Part shown: positions 21,408 to 30,373 of the stretch, piece after piece
Position numbering within the stretch: position 1 is the stretch's first letter
How the letters are laid out: each line of letters opens with the position of its first letter
Assembly: GCA_006954405.1 (NCBI GenBank)
Contig: LVVQ01000001.1
Coordinates: forward strand, 557,161 to 621,160
From: Candidatus Methanarcanum hacksteinii
GTDB taxonomy: Archaea > Thermoplasmatota > Thermoplasmata > Methanomassiliicoccales > Methanomethylophilaceae
Direction of reading: 5' to 3'
Length of the DNA stretch: 64,000 nucleotides
Made by a program: the position numbers and the translations under genes
The notes under the pieces: generated by a model
What the model was told of the DNA's origin: nothing
Seen by the model: only the letters and a program-made list of their open reading frames with translations
Databases searched by the model: none

Positions 21408-22149
21408 GTTGTCTCACCAGTCTATCATAGGTCTCTTCAGCGACATTGACGAGATTCACTGTATCGGCGCGGTTGTATTCCGTCAACAGTTCCAAGGCAC
21501 GGGAGTCCCCGTTCTTCTTCCATGACTTCCATAAGCGTACCGCTTCCTCCCCGTCTATGTCGGATATGTCATCATCCCTCTTCAGTCCGAGCTCCACCTC
21601 GACCTTCTTGAGGCCTCCGGGCAACCCTGCCTTCCTGCAACCGAACCTCAGATCGAAATGAGGCATGTCGAAGTCGACTGTCGGAAAACTATTCTTCAAT
21701 ACAGGTACGTCGAAGCATCTCCCGTTGAATGTGACGAGCATCTTGACGCCATCCAATGCATCGGATAGCGATTCCGCATCGAGGTCCTTCTCACAGGTCA
21801 ATGTGGTCGTATCATCCTTCTTGTGGATGGTCACTACGGTCACCGTGGAATCCCTTTCCAATCCATCAGTCTCTATGTCCAGATATGCTACGTCATCATG
21901 GAATCTCCCATACAGTCTCCATTGTTCCCCTGGCGGTAGCATCTCGCCGAGCCCATAGCAGTCACGATCATCAAGGAGGTCGTATGCCTCAGCGAACAAT
22001 AGGTCGTATTCCGCTTTCTTGGAATCTTTGACACCGGGTATGTCGCTGGATTCCATGAAATCGCTCCAGGTATTGATGCCGGACGACCAGAGTCTACTCT
22101 CTTTGCCTTTTCCGATGCCCTTCGCGATCAGGAACGTACGCTCTATCAT
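21397..22149 (-). CDS. RNase H-like fold predicted exonuclease (YprB-like)
   Basis: DIETDGL exonuclease motif. Start placed at the ATG (MIERTF) about 30 nt downstream of a palindromic TATA box; the track start at 22248 is upstream of that promoter. Confidence 0.5.
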   Translation of the reverse strand: MIERTFLIAKGIGKGKESRLWSSGINTWSDFMESSDIPGVKDSKKAEYDLLFAEAYDLLDDRDCYGLGEMLPPGEQWRLYGRFHDDVAYLDIETDGLERDSTVTVVTIHKKDDTTTLTCEKDLDAESLSDALDGVKMLVTFNGRCFDVPVLKNSFPTVDFDMPHFDLRFGCRKAGLPGGLKKVEVELGLKRDDDISDIDGEEAVRLWKSWKKNGDSRALELLTEYNRADTVNLVNVAEETYDRLVRQHGF

Positions 22150-22172
22150 TGCAACCTGATGTACCGTCCTAC

Positions 22173-22186
22173 TAAAATATATTTTA
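22173..22186. promoter_or_regulatory. Palindromic TATA element (TAAAATATATTTTA) shared by divergent genes
   Basis: Perfect 14-nt AT palindrome centred between the minus ATG at 22149 and the plus ATG at 22208, each 25-30 nt away. Confidence 0.4.
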
Positions 22187-22207
22187 CTAGTGACAGGATA
22201 CACGGGC

Positions 22208-22933
22208 ATGGATTCCGTGGAGATAATGCCTGGCGTCAGAGTGACCAAGGAGAGGTGTCTTTACATCGACGATGGTCCAACTGTCGTACTTGGGGATCTT
22301 CACCTAGGCTATGAGAAGGCATTGGAGGAGGACGGGATGTTCATCCCTCGCATCAACACGGACTCGATAAGAGAGGAACTCAATCTTATAATATGCAAAT
22401 ATGAGCCGAAGCGCATCGTTCTCCTCGGGGACATAAAGCATGACTTCAAGAGGACGAGGTACGAAGGAAAGGAAGAGGTGCACAGGGTCATCGAACTTCT
22501 GAAGAATGCATCGGACGTCATAGTGGTGAAGGGGAACCATGATAATTTCCTTCAGAATATCCTGCAGGACACCGGCCTCATGGCGGTGGATTATGTGGAT
22601 ATCTGCGGTTTCAGGATGGAGCATGGACATGTGGATTCCGGAAAACGTCCTGTGATAATCGGACATGAGCATCCATCGGTCAAGGTGCATGGCGCCGTAT
22701 TCGGAGGCGTCAAGGTGCAGTGTTTCCTCCATCTGAAGAAAGACGGGATAATCGTGATACCTCCGTTCTCGCCTTTGTCATCAGGCTCGGATCTCACCTT
22801 GGCGGGGCCGGAGACGTTCATGTCTCCTGCTTGTAAGGCCGCAGACGTATCCGATGCGGATGTCTACGGTGTGACCGAGTTCGGTATACTCCCTATGGGC
22901 AAATTAGGCGATATCGAAAATTTGGAAATTTGA
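22208..22933 (+). CDS. Metallophosphoesterase (calcineurin-like, Mre11/SbcD-type motifs)
   Basis: GDLHLG, GDIKHD, GNHDN and GHEHP motifs. Start taken at MDSVEIMPG after the TATA box. Confidence 0.65.
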   Translation: MDSVEIMPGVRVTKERCLYIDDGPTVVLGDLHLGYEKALEEDGMFIPRINTDSIREELNLIICKYEPKRIVLLGDIKHDFKRTRYEGKEEVHRVIELLKNASDVIVVKGNHDNFLQNILQDTGLMAVDYVDICGFRMEHGHVDSGKRPVIIGHEHPSVKVHGAVFGGVKVQCFLHLKKDGIIVIPPFSPLSSGSDLTLAGPETFMSPACKAADVSDADVYGVTEFGILPMGKLGDIENLEI

Positions 22934-23086
22934 TATGTTAACATCATTAAGAGAGAAAGTTTTAAATATGCTCTTAATATACGCGCGTAATATAGTACAT
23001 GGATATATAATCCATCCATAAAACCCTTTATATCGGTTGAGGCGAATTATGTTCCATCGTCTTTTTGACAAGACGGAGGAATAGAA

Positions 23087-23725
23087 ATGAGCGCAGAAAT
23101 GGATGAACTCATCGACATTGTCGTAAAGGGTAAGATCAAAGAAGGAAAGGACGCAACACAGAGATGCCTCGATGCAGGACACGATGCAAAGGACATCATC
23201 TTCAACGGACTTTCAAAAGCAATGTCGATCGTCGGAGACAAGTACGCAGCAAAGCAGTACTTCCTTCCCCAGGTTCTTCTCTCGGCAAACACACTCTACA
23301 TGGGTCTCAACCTTGTTCTCCCTATGCTCACAGGAGCAGGCGGAGAGACAAAAGGTAAGGTCGTTCTTGCAGTCGTCGAGGGAGATGTCCACGACATTGG
23401 AAAGAACATCGTGAAAGCCATGCTTACCGGTCTCGGACTCACAATCTACGACTTGGGTAAGGATGTCCCGATCAAAGACATCGTCGAGAAGGCAAAGACA
23501 GAGGGAGCACAGATCATTGCAGAGTCCACACTCATGACACCTACACTCGCAGGTATGAAAGAGTGCGAGAAGATGCTCGCAGAGGAAGGACTCAAAGGAA
23601 AGATCAAGACAATGATCGGTGGTGGAGCAACCTCGAAAGAGTTCGCAGACCAGATTGGAGCAGACGGCTGGTCCTACGACGCAGTCGAGGCTTCACACGT
23701 TGCATCAGCATTCCTTGGGCTGTAA
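23087..23725 (+). CDS. Methyltransferase cognate corrinoid protein (B12-binding, MtaC/MtmC/MtbC-like)
   Basis: DVHDIGKN (DxHxxG) B12-binding motif, an N-terminal cap helix domain, and a GGAGG ribosome-binding site. Confidence 0.8.
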   Translation: MSAEMDELIDIVVKGKIKEGKDATQRCLDAGHDAKDIIFNGLSKAMSIVGDKYAAKQYFLPQVLLSANTLYMGLNLVLPMLTGAGGETKGKVVLAVVEGDVHDIGKNIVKAMLTGLGLTIYDLGKDVPIKDIVEKAKTEGAQIIAESTLMTPTLAGMKECEKMLAEEGLKGKIKTMIGGGATSKEFADQIGADGWSYDAVEASHVASAFLGL

Positions 23726-23765
23726 ACACGTAGAAGCAAATTCATACTTTTTCCCTCAACTTTTT

Positions 23766-23813
23766 CCCTCATGGGGGGATGTCCTGCCCCCCTTGAGGTT
23801 TTTCACATATTCT
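23766..23813 (+). terminator. Hairpin plus T-tract after the corrinoid protein gene
   Basis: CCCTCATGGGGGG / CCCCCCTTGAGGG 12-bp stem followed by TTTTT. Confidence 0.5.
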
Positions 23814-23899
23814 TCATCATTCCCTTTCTTCATGGAACGTTATACGGTATGTTCTGTGGTACTGCTCACTATTATACGGTATGCGTCGATACGTAATCT

Positions 23900-26110
23900 A
23901 TGAAACAGTCGGAATTCGATCAATGGGTCCAGGATTGGATCAAAAGAGAGAAGGAAGCAGGCAGGAAATGCTTCGAAGTTAAGAAATCCGGTAACAATTA
24001 CTACGTCTATTTCCAGTCGACAAGATATAATGCCGAGACGAAGAAGAGAGAGAAAGTATCCGGATATCTGGGCAAATTGGTCGAAGGAGAGGGACTGATC
24101 GAACCCGACACATACTCTGAGGATGATGAGAAGTCATCTGTTGCAAGGTATGGTCTCGGAATCGACACCGGAGGTACGTTCACGGATGCGGTCATCGTCG
24201 ACCTTGACGATTATTCCGTCGTGGTCAAGAAGAAATCGCCCACGACGCATCACGATCTGTCGATAGGATTGTACAATGCAGTGGATGCGGTCTTCAGATC
24301 TACGGATATCAGACCATCGGACATATCGCTCGTAGGAATATCCACTACATTGGCCACGAATTCAATCCTGGAAGGCAGTGGCGGAGAGGTAGGACTCATC
24401 CTCATAGGATGGAATCCGATGGAACCTGTCAATTTCGGTGAGAAGAAGCAGGTGATCATCAAGGGCGGTTGCGATAGCAAGGGCAGACAGATAGCCTCCA
24501 TGAGTAAGGATGAGGTCATCGCAGCATTGGACAGCATGAAGGGAGAGGTGGATGCGATCGCTATCTCGGGATTGTTCGCCAGTATGAATCCGTCACAGGA
24601 GAAGAAGGTGAAGGAATTGGCAGCATCCTATACAGGGCTTCCAACCGTTGCAGGACATGAGCTCTCTGCCGTTCTCGGTATCGATACAAGGGCAGAGACG
24701 GCTGTGTTGAATGCTAAACTGATCCCTGTCGTCAGTAAGTTCTTCGATGATGTGGAGGCGACATTCAGGAAGAAGGGCATAGAAGCACCGATAATGGCAT
24801 ACAAGGGAGACGGTTCCGTCATGACATTGGAACAGGCAAGGTTGTATCCTGTCGAGACCATACTTTCCGGACCCGCAGCCAGTTCCATGGGCGGAAAGAT
24901 ACTTTCAGGCCTCGAGGACTGTGTGATAGTGGATATCGGAGGCACATCCACAGATATCGCGATAATGGATTCTGGATTCCCTCAGATCCAATTCAACGGT
25001 GCATCGGTTGGAAAATGGAGGACCCGTGTGAAGGCTGTCGATATGTACACGGTCGCATTGGGCGGGGATTCGAGGATAAGAGTGGATGGACACAGCATCA
25101 CGATAGGTCCTGAGAGGGTACAACCATTATGCAGATTGGCCGAGAAGCACCCTGATGTGGTCGGCAAGATCATGCACTCCAACGTCTACGACTACTACGA
25201 GGCGGTCGATGATTATAACCTTCAGGTACTCACCGAGAAGGAACAGAGGGTGTACGACTCGACAATCGGAAAAGGACCTCTTTCGAACATGGAAGTGAAG
25301 AATGAGGTGGAAGGCCTCTGGATGATCGATGATGAATTATCCTCATTGGTCACGAAGGGTGCGATGATCCTGTCATCACTCACGCCTACGGATATAATGG
25401 TCTACGACGGTTCATTTAAATTGGGATCGAAGGACGGAGCGAGAGCAGGTGTCCATGCGGTGGGCGAGAAGCTCGGTATGACCGAGAGGCAAGCATCACG
25501 CATAGTCTTCGATGAGGTGAAGGAGAAGATCGCAGAGGCGGTCATGAGCAAGATGCTCGACGATCAGATGCTGGAATGGAGGGACAGAGGTTCAGAGCTC
25601 CTGCTGAGAAGGATGTTGACATTGCATCACGGCGATACCGCGATGAATATGAAACCAAGCTTCAGCATACCTGTCATCGGAGTGGGAGCACCATCTAAAT
25701 ACATGATGTCCGACCTCAGCGAGAGATTGGGTGCCGAGGTGGTCTTCCCCGATAACAACGATGTCGGTAATGCAGTAGGTGCTGTGTGCAGTAAGATAAG
25801 CGAATCGCTGTCAGGGAACGTGATCCCTACGCCCGACTACAAATTCTTGACGACAGTCCCGTTCATAGGCTCATCATACCATGTCCACTTGGATACGGCG
25901 ATATCATCCGCCAAACGCAGTCTGGAGTCATATCTCGAGAACAAGCTGAAGGCGATGGGTGCTAGGAATGTTATGACATCGTCCAAGATAAAGACATATA
26001 TGGCTTCTGAAGGAGGCATAGGGGATTACACCGATGAGGGATTATCGGGTACTGTGAACTATGTTGAGATAATATCAAGAGCGATAGGAGATCCACCTGA
26101 AAGGGATTGA
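23900..26110 (+). CDS. Hydantoinase/oxoprolinase (HyuA) family ASKHA ATPase with a unique ~90-aa N-terminal extension
   Basis: GLGIDTGGTFTDAVIVD hydantoinase_A N-terminal signature and a second DIGGTSTD ATPase motif; 736 aa. Confidence 0.7.
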   Translation: MKQSEFDQWVQDWIKREKEAGRKCFEVKKSGNNYYVYFQSTRYNAETKKREKVSGYLGKLVEGEGLIEPDTYSEDDEKSSVARYGLGIDTGGTFTDAVIVDLDDYSVVVKKKSPTTHHDLSIGLYNAVDAVFRSTDIRPSDISLVGISTTLATNSILEGSGGEVGLILIGWNPMEPVNFGEKKQVIIKGGCDSKGRQIASMSKDEVIAALDSMKGEVDAIAISGLFASMNPSQEKKVKELAASYTGLPTVAGHELSAVLGIDTRAETAVLNAKLIPVVSKFFDDVEATFRKKGIEAPIMAYKGDGSVMTLEQARLYPVETILSGPAASSMGGKILSGLEDCVIVDIGGTSTDIAIMDSGFPQIQFNGASVGKWRTRVKAVDMYTVALGGDSRIRVDGHSITIGPERVQPLCRLAEKHPDVVGKIMHSNVYDYYEAVDDYNLQVLTEKEQRVYDSTIGKGPLSNMEVKNEVEGLWMIDDELSSLVTKGAMILSSLTPTDIMVYDGSFKLGSKDGARAGVHAVGEKLGMTERQASRIVFDEVKEKIAEAVMSKMLDDQMLEWRDRGSELLLRRMLTLHHGDTAMNMKPSFSIPVIGVGAPSKYMMSDLSERLGAEVVFPDNNDVGNAVGAVCSKISESLSGNVIPTPDYKFLTTVPFIGSSYHVHLDTAISSAKRSLESYLENKLKAMGARNVMTSSKIKTYMASEGGIGDYTDEGLSGTVNYVEIISRAIGDPPERD

Positions 26111-26204
26111 GTCGCACGTTTCAAACAATTTCCGCTAAACACTTTTACCCCTCCCTTTCCTTTTTATAACTGTAATCATATCCTCCCGATAGAGGAGACT
26201 TATC

Positions 26205-27236
26205 ATGGCAATGACACCAAGAGAGAGAGTACTCGCAGCAATGAAACAGGAGAAGCTGGACAGACCCCCAGTCGCAGTCTTCACACAGTCAGCAACCATC
26301 GACCAGATGGATGCATTAAACATCTACTGGCCCGAAGCACACTCAGATGCAAAGATGATGTGCGAGCTCGGAGCAGCACAGGCAACCGTCTTCGGATTCG
26401 AAGCAGTCAGGTCCTCATTCTGTCTCACAGCAGAAGCAGAGGCACTCGGATGCAAAGTGGATCCTGGAAAGAAAGACAGGACACCTATGCTCAAAGCACA
26501 CCCCTTCAAATTCGACCCCATGTCCGGTGAATATGACGAGCCTAACCTCATGTCCCCTGAGGAGTTCCTCAAGACAGGAAGGCCCGCAGTCATTCTCGAG
26601 GCAACAAAACTCATGAAAGAGAAATACGGAAAGGACTACGCAGTCATCGCAGGTAACACTGGACCTTTCACACTCGCAGGTCACCTCGTTTCAACAGAGA
26701 ACCTCGTTTTCGGAATCATGATGGAGCCCGACAAGGTCAAAGAGTGGGTAGATGCAGTCAACCCCATCGTTAAAGCATACTGCCAGGCACTTTCAGACGC
26801 AGGAGCAGACATCATCCAGATGTCAGAGCCTTCAGCATCAACAGACCTTCTTTCACCCGACATGTTCACAGAGTATGCAGGATCATACGTCAAGGCATCA
26901 CTCGCAGCAACAAAGGGAGCAGACACAGTTCTTCACATCTGTGGAGACACAGCACCTATCCTCGACCACATGATCGAGACAGGCGTAACAGGTCTCTCAA
27001 TCGAGGAGAAAGTCGACTCCGCAGAGGCAGTCAAGATCGTCGGTGGACGTGCAGCACTCGTCGGAAACGTCGGTGTCGTCTCACCCTTGCTCCAGGGAAC
27101 ACCTGAGGACTGTGCAGCAGCAGGAAAGAGGATCGCAGAGGCAGGATTCAACGTAATCTCACCTGGATGCGGACTTTCAGCTCTTATCCCCGGTGCAAAC
27201 CTCAAAGCACTCGTCGACTCTGTCAAATCACTCTGA
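26205..27236 (+). CDS. Methylcobamide:CoM methyltransferase (URO-D family, MtaA/MtbA-like)
   Basis: 343 aa URO-D-like protein (MAMTPRERVLAAMKQEKLDRPPVAVF...) with conserved His and Cys near the C-terminus. Confidence 0.75.
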   Translation: MAMTPRERVLAAMKQEKLDRPPVAVFTQSATIDQMDALNIYWPEAHSDAKMMCELGAAQATVFGFEAVRSSFCLTAEAEALGCKVDPGKKDRTPMLKAHPFKFDPMSGEYDEPNLMSPEEFLKTGRPAVILEATKLMKEKYGKDYAVIAGNTGPFTLAGHLVSTENLVFGIMMEPDKVKEWVDAVNPIVKAYCQALSDAGADIIQMSEPSASTDLLSPDMFTEYAGSYVKASLAATKGADTVLHICGDTAPILDHMIETGVTGLSIEEKVDSAEAVKIVGGRAALVGNVGVVSPLLQGTPEDCAAAGKRIAEAGFNVISPGCGLSALIPGANLKALVDSVKSL

Positions 27237-27360
27237 TTGCAGAATCACAAACGAATTAATCAAGGGGGCATCAGCCCCCACTTCTACATATACTTCGATA
27301 CGTTTTCGTTGCAAGGCCATTTTATACTCAACATTCCAATGCACTGGAAGAGGATTTACT

Positions 27361-29001
27361 ATGGCATACGGAATAGCACTCGATCTCGGTACGAGCGGGT
27401 TCAGATCCCACCTTGTCGATCTTGACAAAGGTGCCAAGATTATTGATACGGCGATAACGGTCAGACACCCGCTTCCGGGTGCGAACATAATGGATCATAT
27501 GCACTTCTGGATGACTTCAGGAAGGGCGATCACGCATAACATCATCGCGCAGACGGTGTACGATCTCATAAGCCTCTATGGAAAGGAGAAACTCTCTGAG
27601 GTGAAGAAGATATCAGTCTGCGGTAATCCCATCCAGTTGTCATTGTTCGAGGACATCGAGATAAGGGATTTGGCATTCGCTGGTGAGAACAAGATCAAGA
27701 ACCTCGGTGTGACCCCTCCATTAAGGAAGGCACACATAACCACTGCTGGTGATATCGGGCTGTTAGGCATCAATCCCGAGGTGGAGGTGCTCATGCCCCC
27801 TGCGATAAGGCACGAGATCGGTGCTGATGCATTGGCCATGATAATAAAATCCGGTATGCTTGACAAGAAAGAGGTCTGCATGGTCACCGATTATGGTACG
27901 AATGCAGAGATGGGACTCTACCTGGACGGTGAATTGTATTCAGGTTCCGCTGCTGCCGGTCCAGCGATGGAAGGTCAATCCATTGAACAGGGTGTCCTCG
28001 CATCACCGCGTGCGATCTCGGATGTCAATATCGCAGATGACGGTACATGGGAGAACGTCGTACTTGACGATCATCTGATCCCTGTGACGACCGCTAAGGT
28101 GGATCCTGTGACCGGAAATACAGTCAGGATCCTGGACTACAAGGCGAAAGGGATCACAGGAACAGGTACCGTATCATGCATATCTGAAGGTCTCAGATCG
28201 GGCGTGATCACACTTCCCGGAATAAAGACCCCAGATAACAAGATCCATCTCGTGGACGGTGTAACGATATCCGCCAACGATGTACACGAAGCAGGGAAGG
28301 CCATGGGTGCAATCCGTGCAGGTCACAGGACTCTGATGTATGAGGTAGGTCTCTCCGATGCTGATGTGAAGACTATGTACATGGCTGGTGCTTCAGGAAC
28401 ATATGTTGATCCTGTAAAAGCACAGTATTGCGGAATGATACCTCGCGTATTGGATGAGGTGTATCAGCTCGGTAACACATCATTGATGATGGCTCACGAT
28501 CTGCTCAAATCCGATGGTGCTCTCGATATGATGCAGGATGTTGCGAATTCGATCTCTGCGAACCACATAATGTTCGCAGGGAATCAGAAGTTCGAAGACA
28601 TGTACGTCCTCGAGCTCGCATATTGGGATGAGGGTATGCCATACGACATGTACAACGAATTGATGGTAGCATCTGGATTCCCGCCGCTCCCTGAGATCGT
28701 ACATCCGAAGATATGCAAGAGGATCGTGAAATCGGACATACCTGAGGTCGGTGCAGGAATACACACTTTGGATCCTGTCGGTATGATCATGACAGGTATA
28801 TTCGACGGATGCACCGGATGCAGGAAATGTCAGCGCGGATGCCCTGAGAAGGCATTGACCGTGACCGATACGCCCGACGGAGCGCACATGATAAACGTAC
28901 GTTCCGACCTCTGTCTCGGTACCGCATGTAAGGCATGTGAATTCAATTGCCCAGAGAAGGTCTATTCTTTCACAGATCTCAAAGTGCAATACAAACTCTG
29001 A
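27361..29001 (+). CDS. ramA: Corrinoid reductive activation protein RamA (ASKHA domain plus C-terminal 2x[4Fe-4S] ferredoxin)
   Basis: MAYGIALDLGTSGFRSHLVDL N-terminus and C-terminal CTGCRKCQRGCP...CKACEFNCP. Start moved from the track's 27193 to the ATG after a TTTTATAC box. Confidence 0.8.
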   Translation: MAYGIALDLGTSGFRSHLVDLDKGAKIIDTAITVRHPLPGANIMDHMHFWMTSGRAITHNIIAQTVYDLISLYGKEKLSEVKKISVCGNPIQLSLFEDIEIRDLAFAGENKIKNLGVTPPLRKAHITTAGDIGLLGINPEVEVLMPPAIRHEIGADALAMIIKSGMLDKKEVCMVTDYGTNAEMGLYLDGELYSGSAAAGPAMEGQSIEQGVLASPRAISDVNIADDGTWENVVLDDHLIPVTTAKVDPVTGNTVRILDYKAKGITGTGTVSCISEGLRSGVITLPGIKTPDNKIHLVDGVTISANDVHEAGKAMGAIRAGHRTLMYEVGLSDADVKTMYMAGASGTYVDPVKAQYCGMIPRVLDEVYQLGNTSLMMAHDLLKSDGALDMMQDVANSISANHIMFAGNQKFEDMYVLELAYWDEGMPYDMYNELMVASGFPPLPEIVHPKICKRIVKSDIPEVGAGIHTLDPVGMIMTGIFDGCTGCRKCQRGCPEKALTVTDTPDGAHMINVRSDLCLGTACKACEFNCPEKVYSFTDLKVQYKL

Positions 29002-29072
29002 TTCAGATGGGGGCCACACCCCTATTCTCTTTCTTAGATACATTTTATATGTAGTATTAACATCCTTAAGGC

Positions 29073-29771
29073 ATGTCGGACAACAGCGTATTCGCAGAGA
29101 AGTTCAAGACGATTCTCAAGCTCAGACACGAGCCTGTGGCTGTAAAATTGGTAAAGAAGGATGAGGAGTATCCAGCAGGTTATGACGCACCTTCCGAGCA
29201 GATGACTCACTGTCAAGCCGTGATGGGAGCGAAGAATGGAAATTCATACAAGATGCCTGCAGCTATGCAGTCATGCAACGTCGGTGCATCCACTTTGGGA
29301 ATGATCCCGAAGCCTGAGAAGGTCATCAGTGGCGAGTTCCATGCGAATATAGGTATACACGAGTCGCCTGATGCGGCCAAAGCGATGATCGCCGCTGCCG
29401 TTGACGTTCCCTTCGAGACACAGGGCGAGGTCGTATGCCCACTGAAGGATGCGAATTTCATACCTGATGTTGTAGTCTTCGTCGACATACCCGAGAGGAT
29501 CTATTGGTTCGAGGCATTCCTCACACGTAAGGTCGGAGGGCGCGTAACATACACCACAGCACCGTTCCAATGCGCATGTGAGGATGTCACTGCGATACCC
29601 ATCGTATCAGGCAAGCCGAACATCTCGATCGGTTGTTTCGGTTGCAGGAAGAGGACGGATATGAAGGCTGACGAGATGGCTATCGGTGTTCCCTACAGCT
29701 TGATCGCAGAGATGGTATCCGATCTCGACATCTACAAGGACGGCGTCTTCCTCAAAGCAAAGAGGGACTGA
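29073..29771 (+). CDS. DUF169-family protein
   Basis: 232 aa with conserved Cys pattern (HCQAV, CNVG, CFGC). Confidence 0.5.
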   Translation: MSDNSVFAEKFKTILKLRHEPVAVKLVKKDEEYPAGYDAPSEQMTHCQAVMGAKNGNSYKMPAAMQSCNVGASTLGMIPKPEKVISGEFHANIGIHESPDAAKAMIAAAVDVPFETQGEVVCPLKDANFIPDVVVFVDIPERIYWFEAFLTRKVGGRVTYTTAPFQCACEDVTAIPIVSGKPNISIGCFGCRKRTDMKADEMAIGVPYSLIAEMVSDLDIYKDGVFLKAKRD

Positions 29772-29780
29772 TGTCCGAAC

Positions 29781-29820
29781 GGTCCCGCCTATGTCGAATG
29801 GCGGGACCAATTTCTTATTT
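29781..29820 (+). terminator. Hairpin plus T-tract after the DUF169 gene
   Basis: GGTCCCGCC / GGCGGGACC 9-bp stem followed by AATTTCTTATTT. Confidence 0.5.
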
Positions 29821-29889
29821 AACCACATGGTCTGTGGATTTAACTATTGTTTAGATAGATTAAATACGATGATTGCGTAACGTCGTTGC

Positions 29890-30369
29890 ATGGCAGAGCT
29901 GATCGACAGGAAAGATGTTGAGATCCTGAAACGGTTGAAGGTGGATTCTAGAACCCCTATGGGTAGCATAGGGAACAAATTGAACATATCCAAGGCAACC
30001 GTGAGCCGTCGTGTGGCAAGGATGGAGGATGAGAACATCATCCGCAAATATTCCATGGATGTGGACCTTACCAGTATGGGCATCATGAAATCATTGGTGA
30101 TGATACAGGTCGTAGGTACCCCCACGGCAGTGATCATAGATCAGCTCAGGGATTATGAGGAGATCGGTGGCATCTACAAGACATTCGGTGATCACAATAT
30201 CATATGTGAGATATACACGAAGAATGTGGATGAGATATACGAGATGATCCAATCCAAATTGTTGAAGATGCCAAGCGTCAGGAACGTGGAGGTAGATGTC
30301 CTCATAGGGGAGGAGACTCTCAATGAGAATGCAGACCTCAAACTCTATGAGAAAGGATTGAAGGAGTGA
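29890..30369 (+). CDS. Lrp/AsnC-family transcriptional regulator
   Basis: HTH (ISKATVSRRVARMEDENII) followed by a RAM domain. Confidence 0.8.
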   Translation: MAELIDRKDVEILKRLKVDSRTPMGSIGNKLNISKATVSRRVARMEDENIIRKYSMDVDLTSMGIMKSLVMIQVVGTPTAVIIDQLRDYEEIGGIYKTFGDHNIICEIYTKNVDEIYEMIQSKLLKMPSVRNVEVDVLIGEETLNENADLKLYEKGLKE

Positions 30370-30373
30370 CATC

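Noticed and set aside
27193-27360. Track ORF start for ramA at 27193 (MQTSKHSS...).
   Set aside because: The N-terminal 56 residues are low-complexity and overlap the promoter (TTTTATAC). The conserved RamA N-terminus MAYGIALDLGTSGFRS begins at 27361.
22933-29800. Searched the methyltransferase cluster for a pyrrolysine (amber read-through) MtmB/MtbB/MttB gene, expected as two adjacent same-frame ORFs split by TAG.
   Set aside because: No such ORF pair exists. All large ORFs are accounted for.
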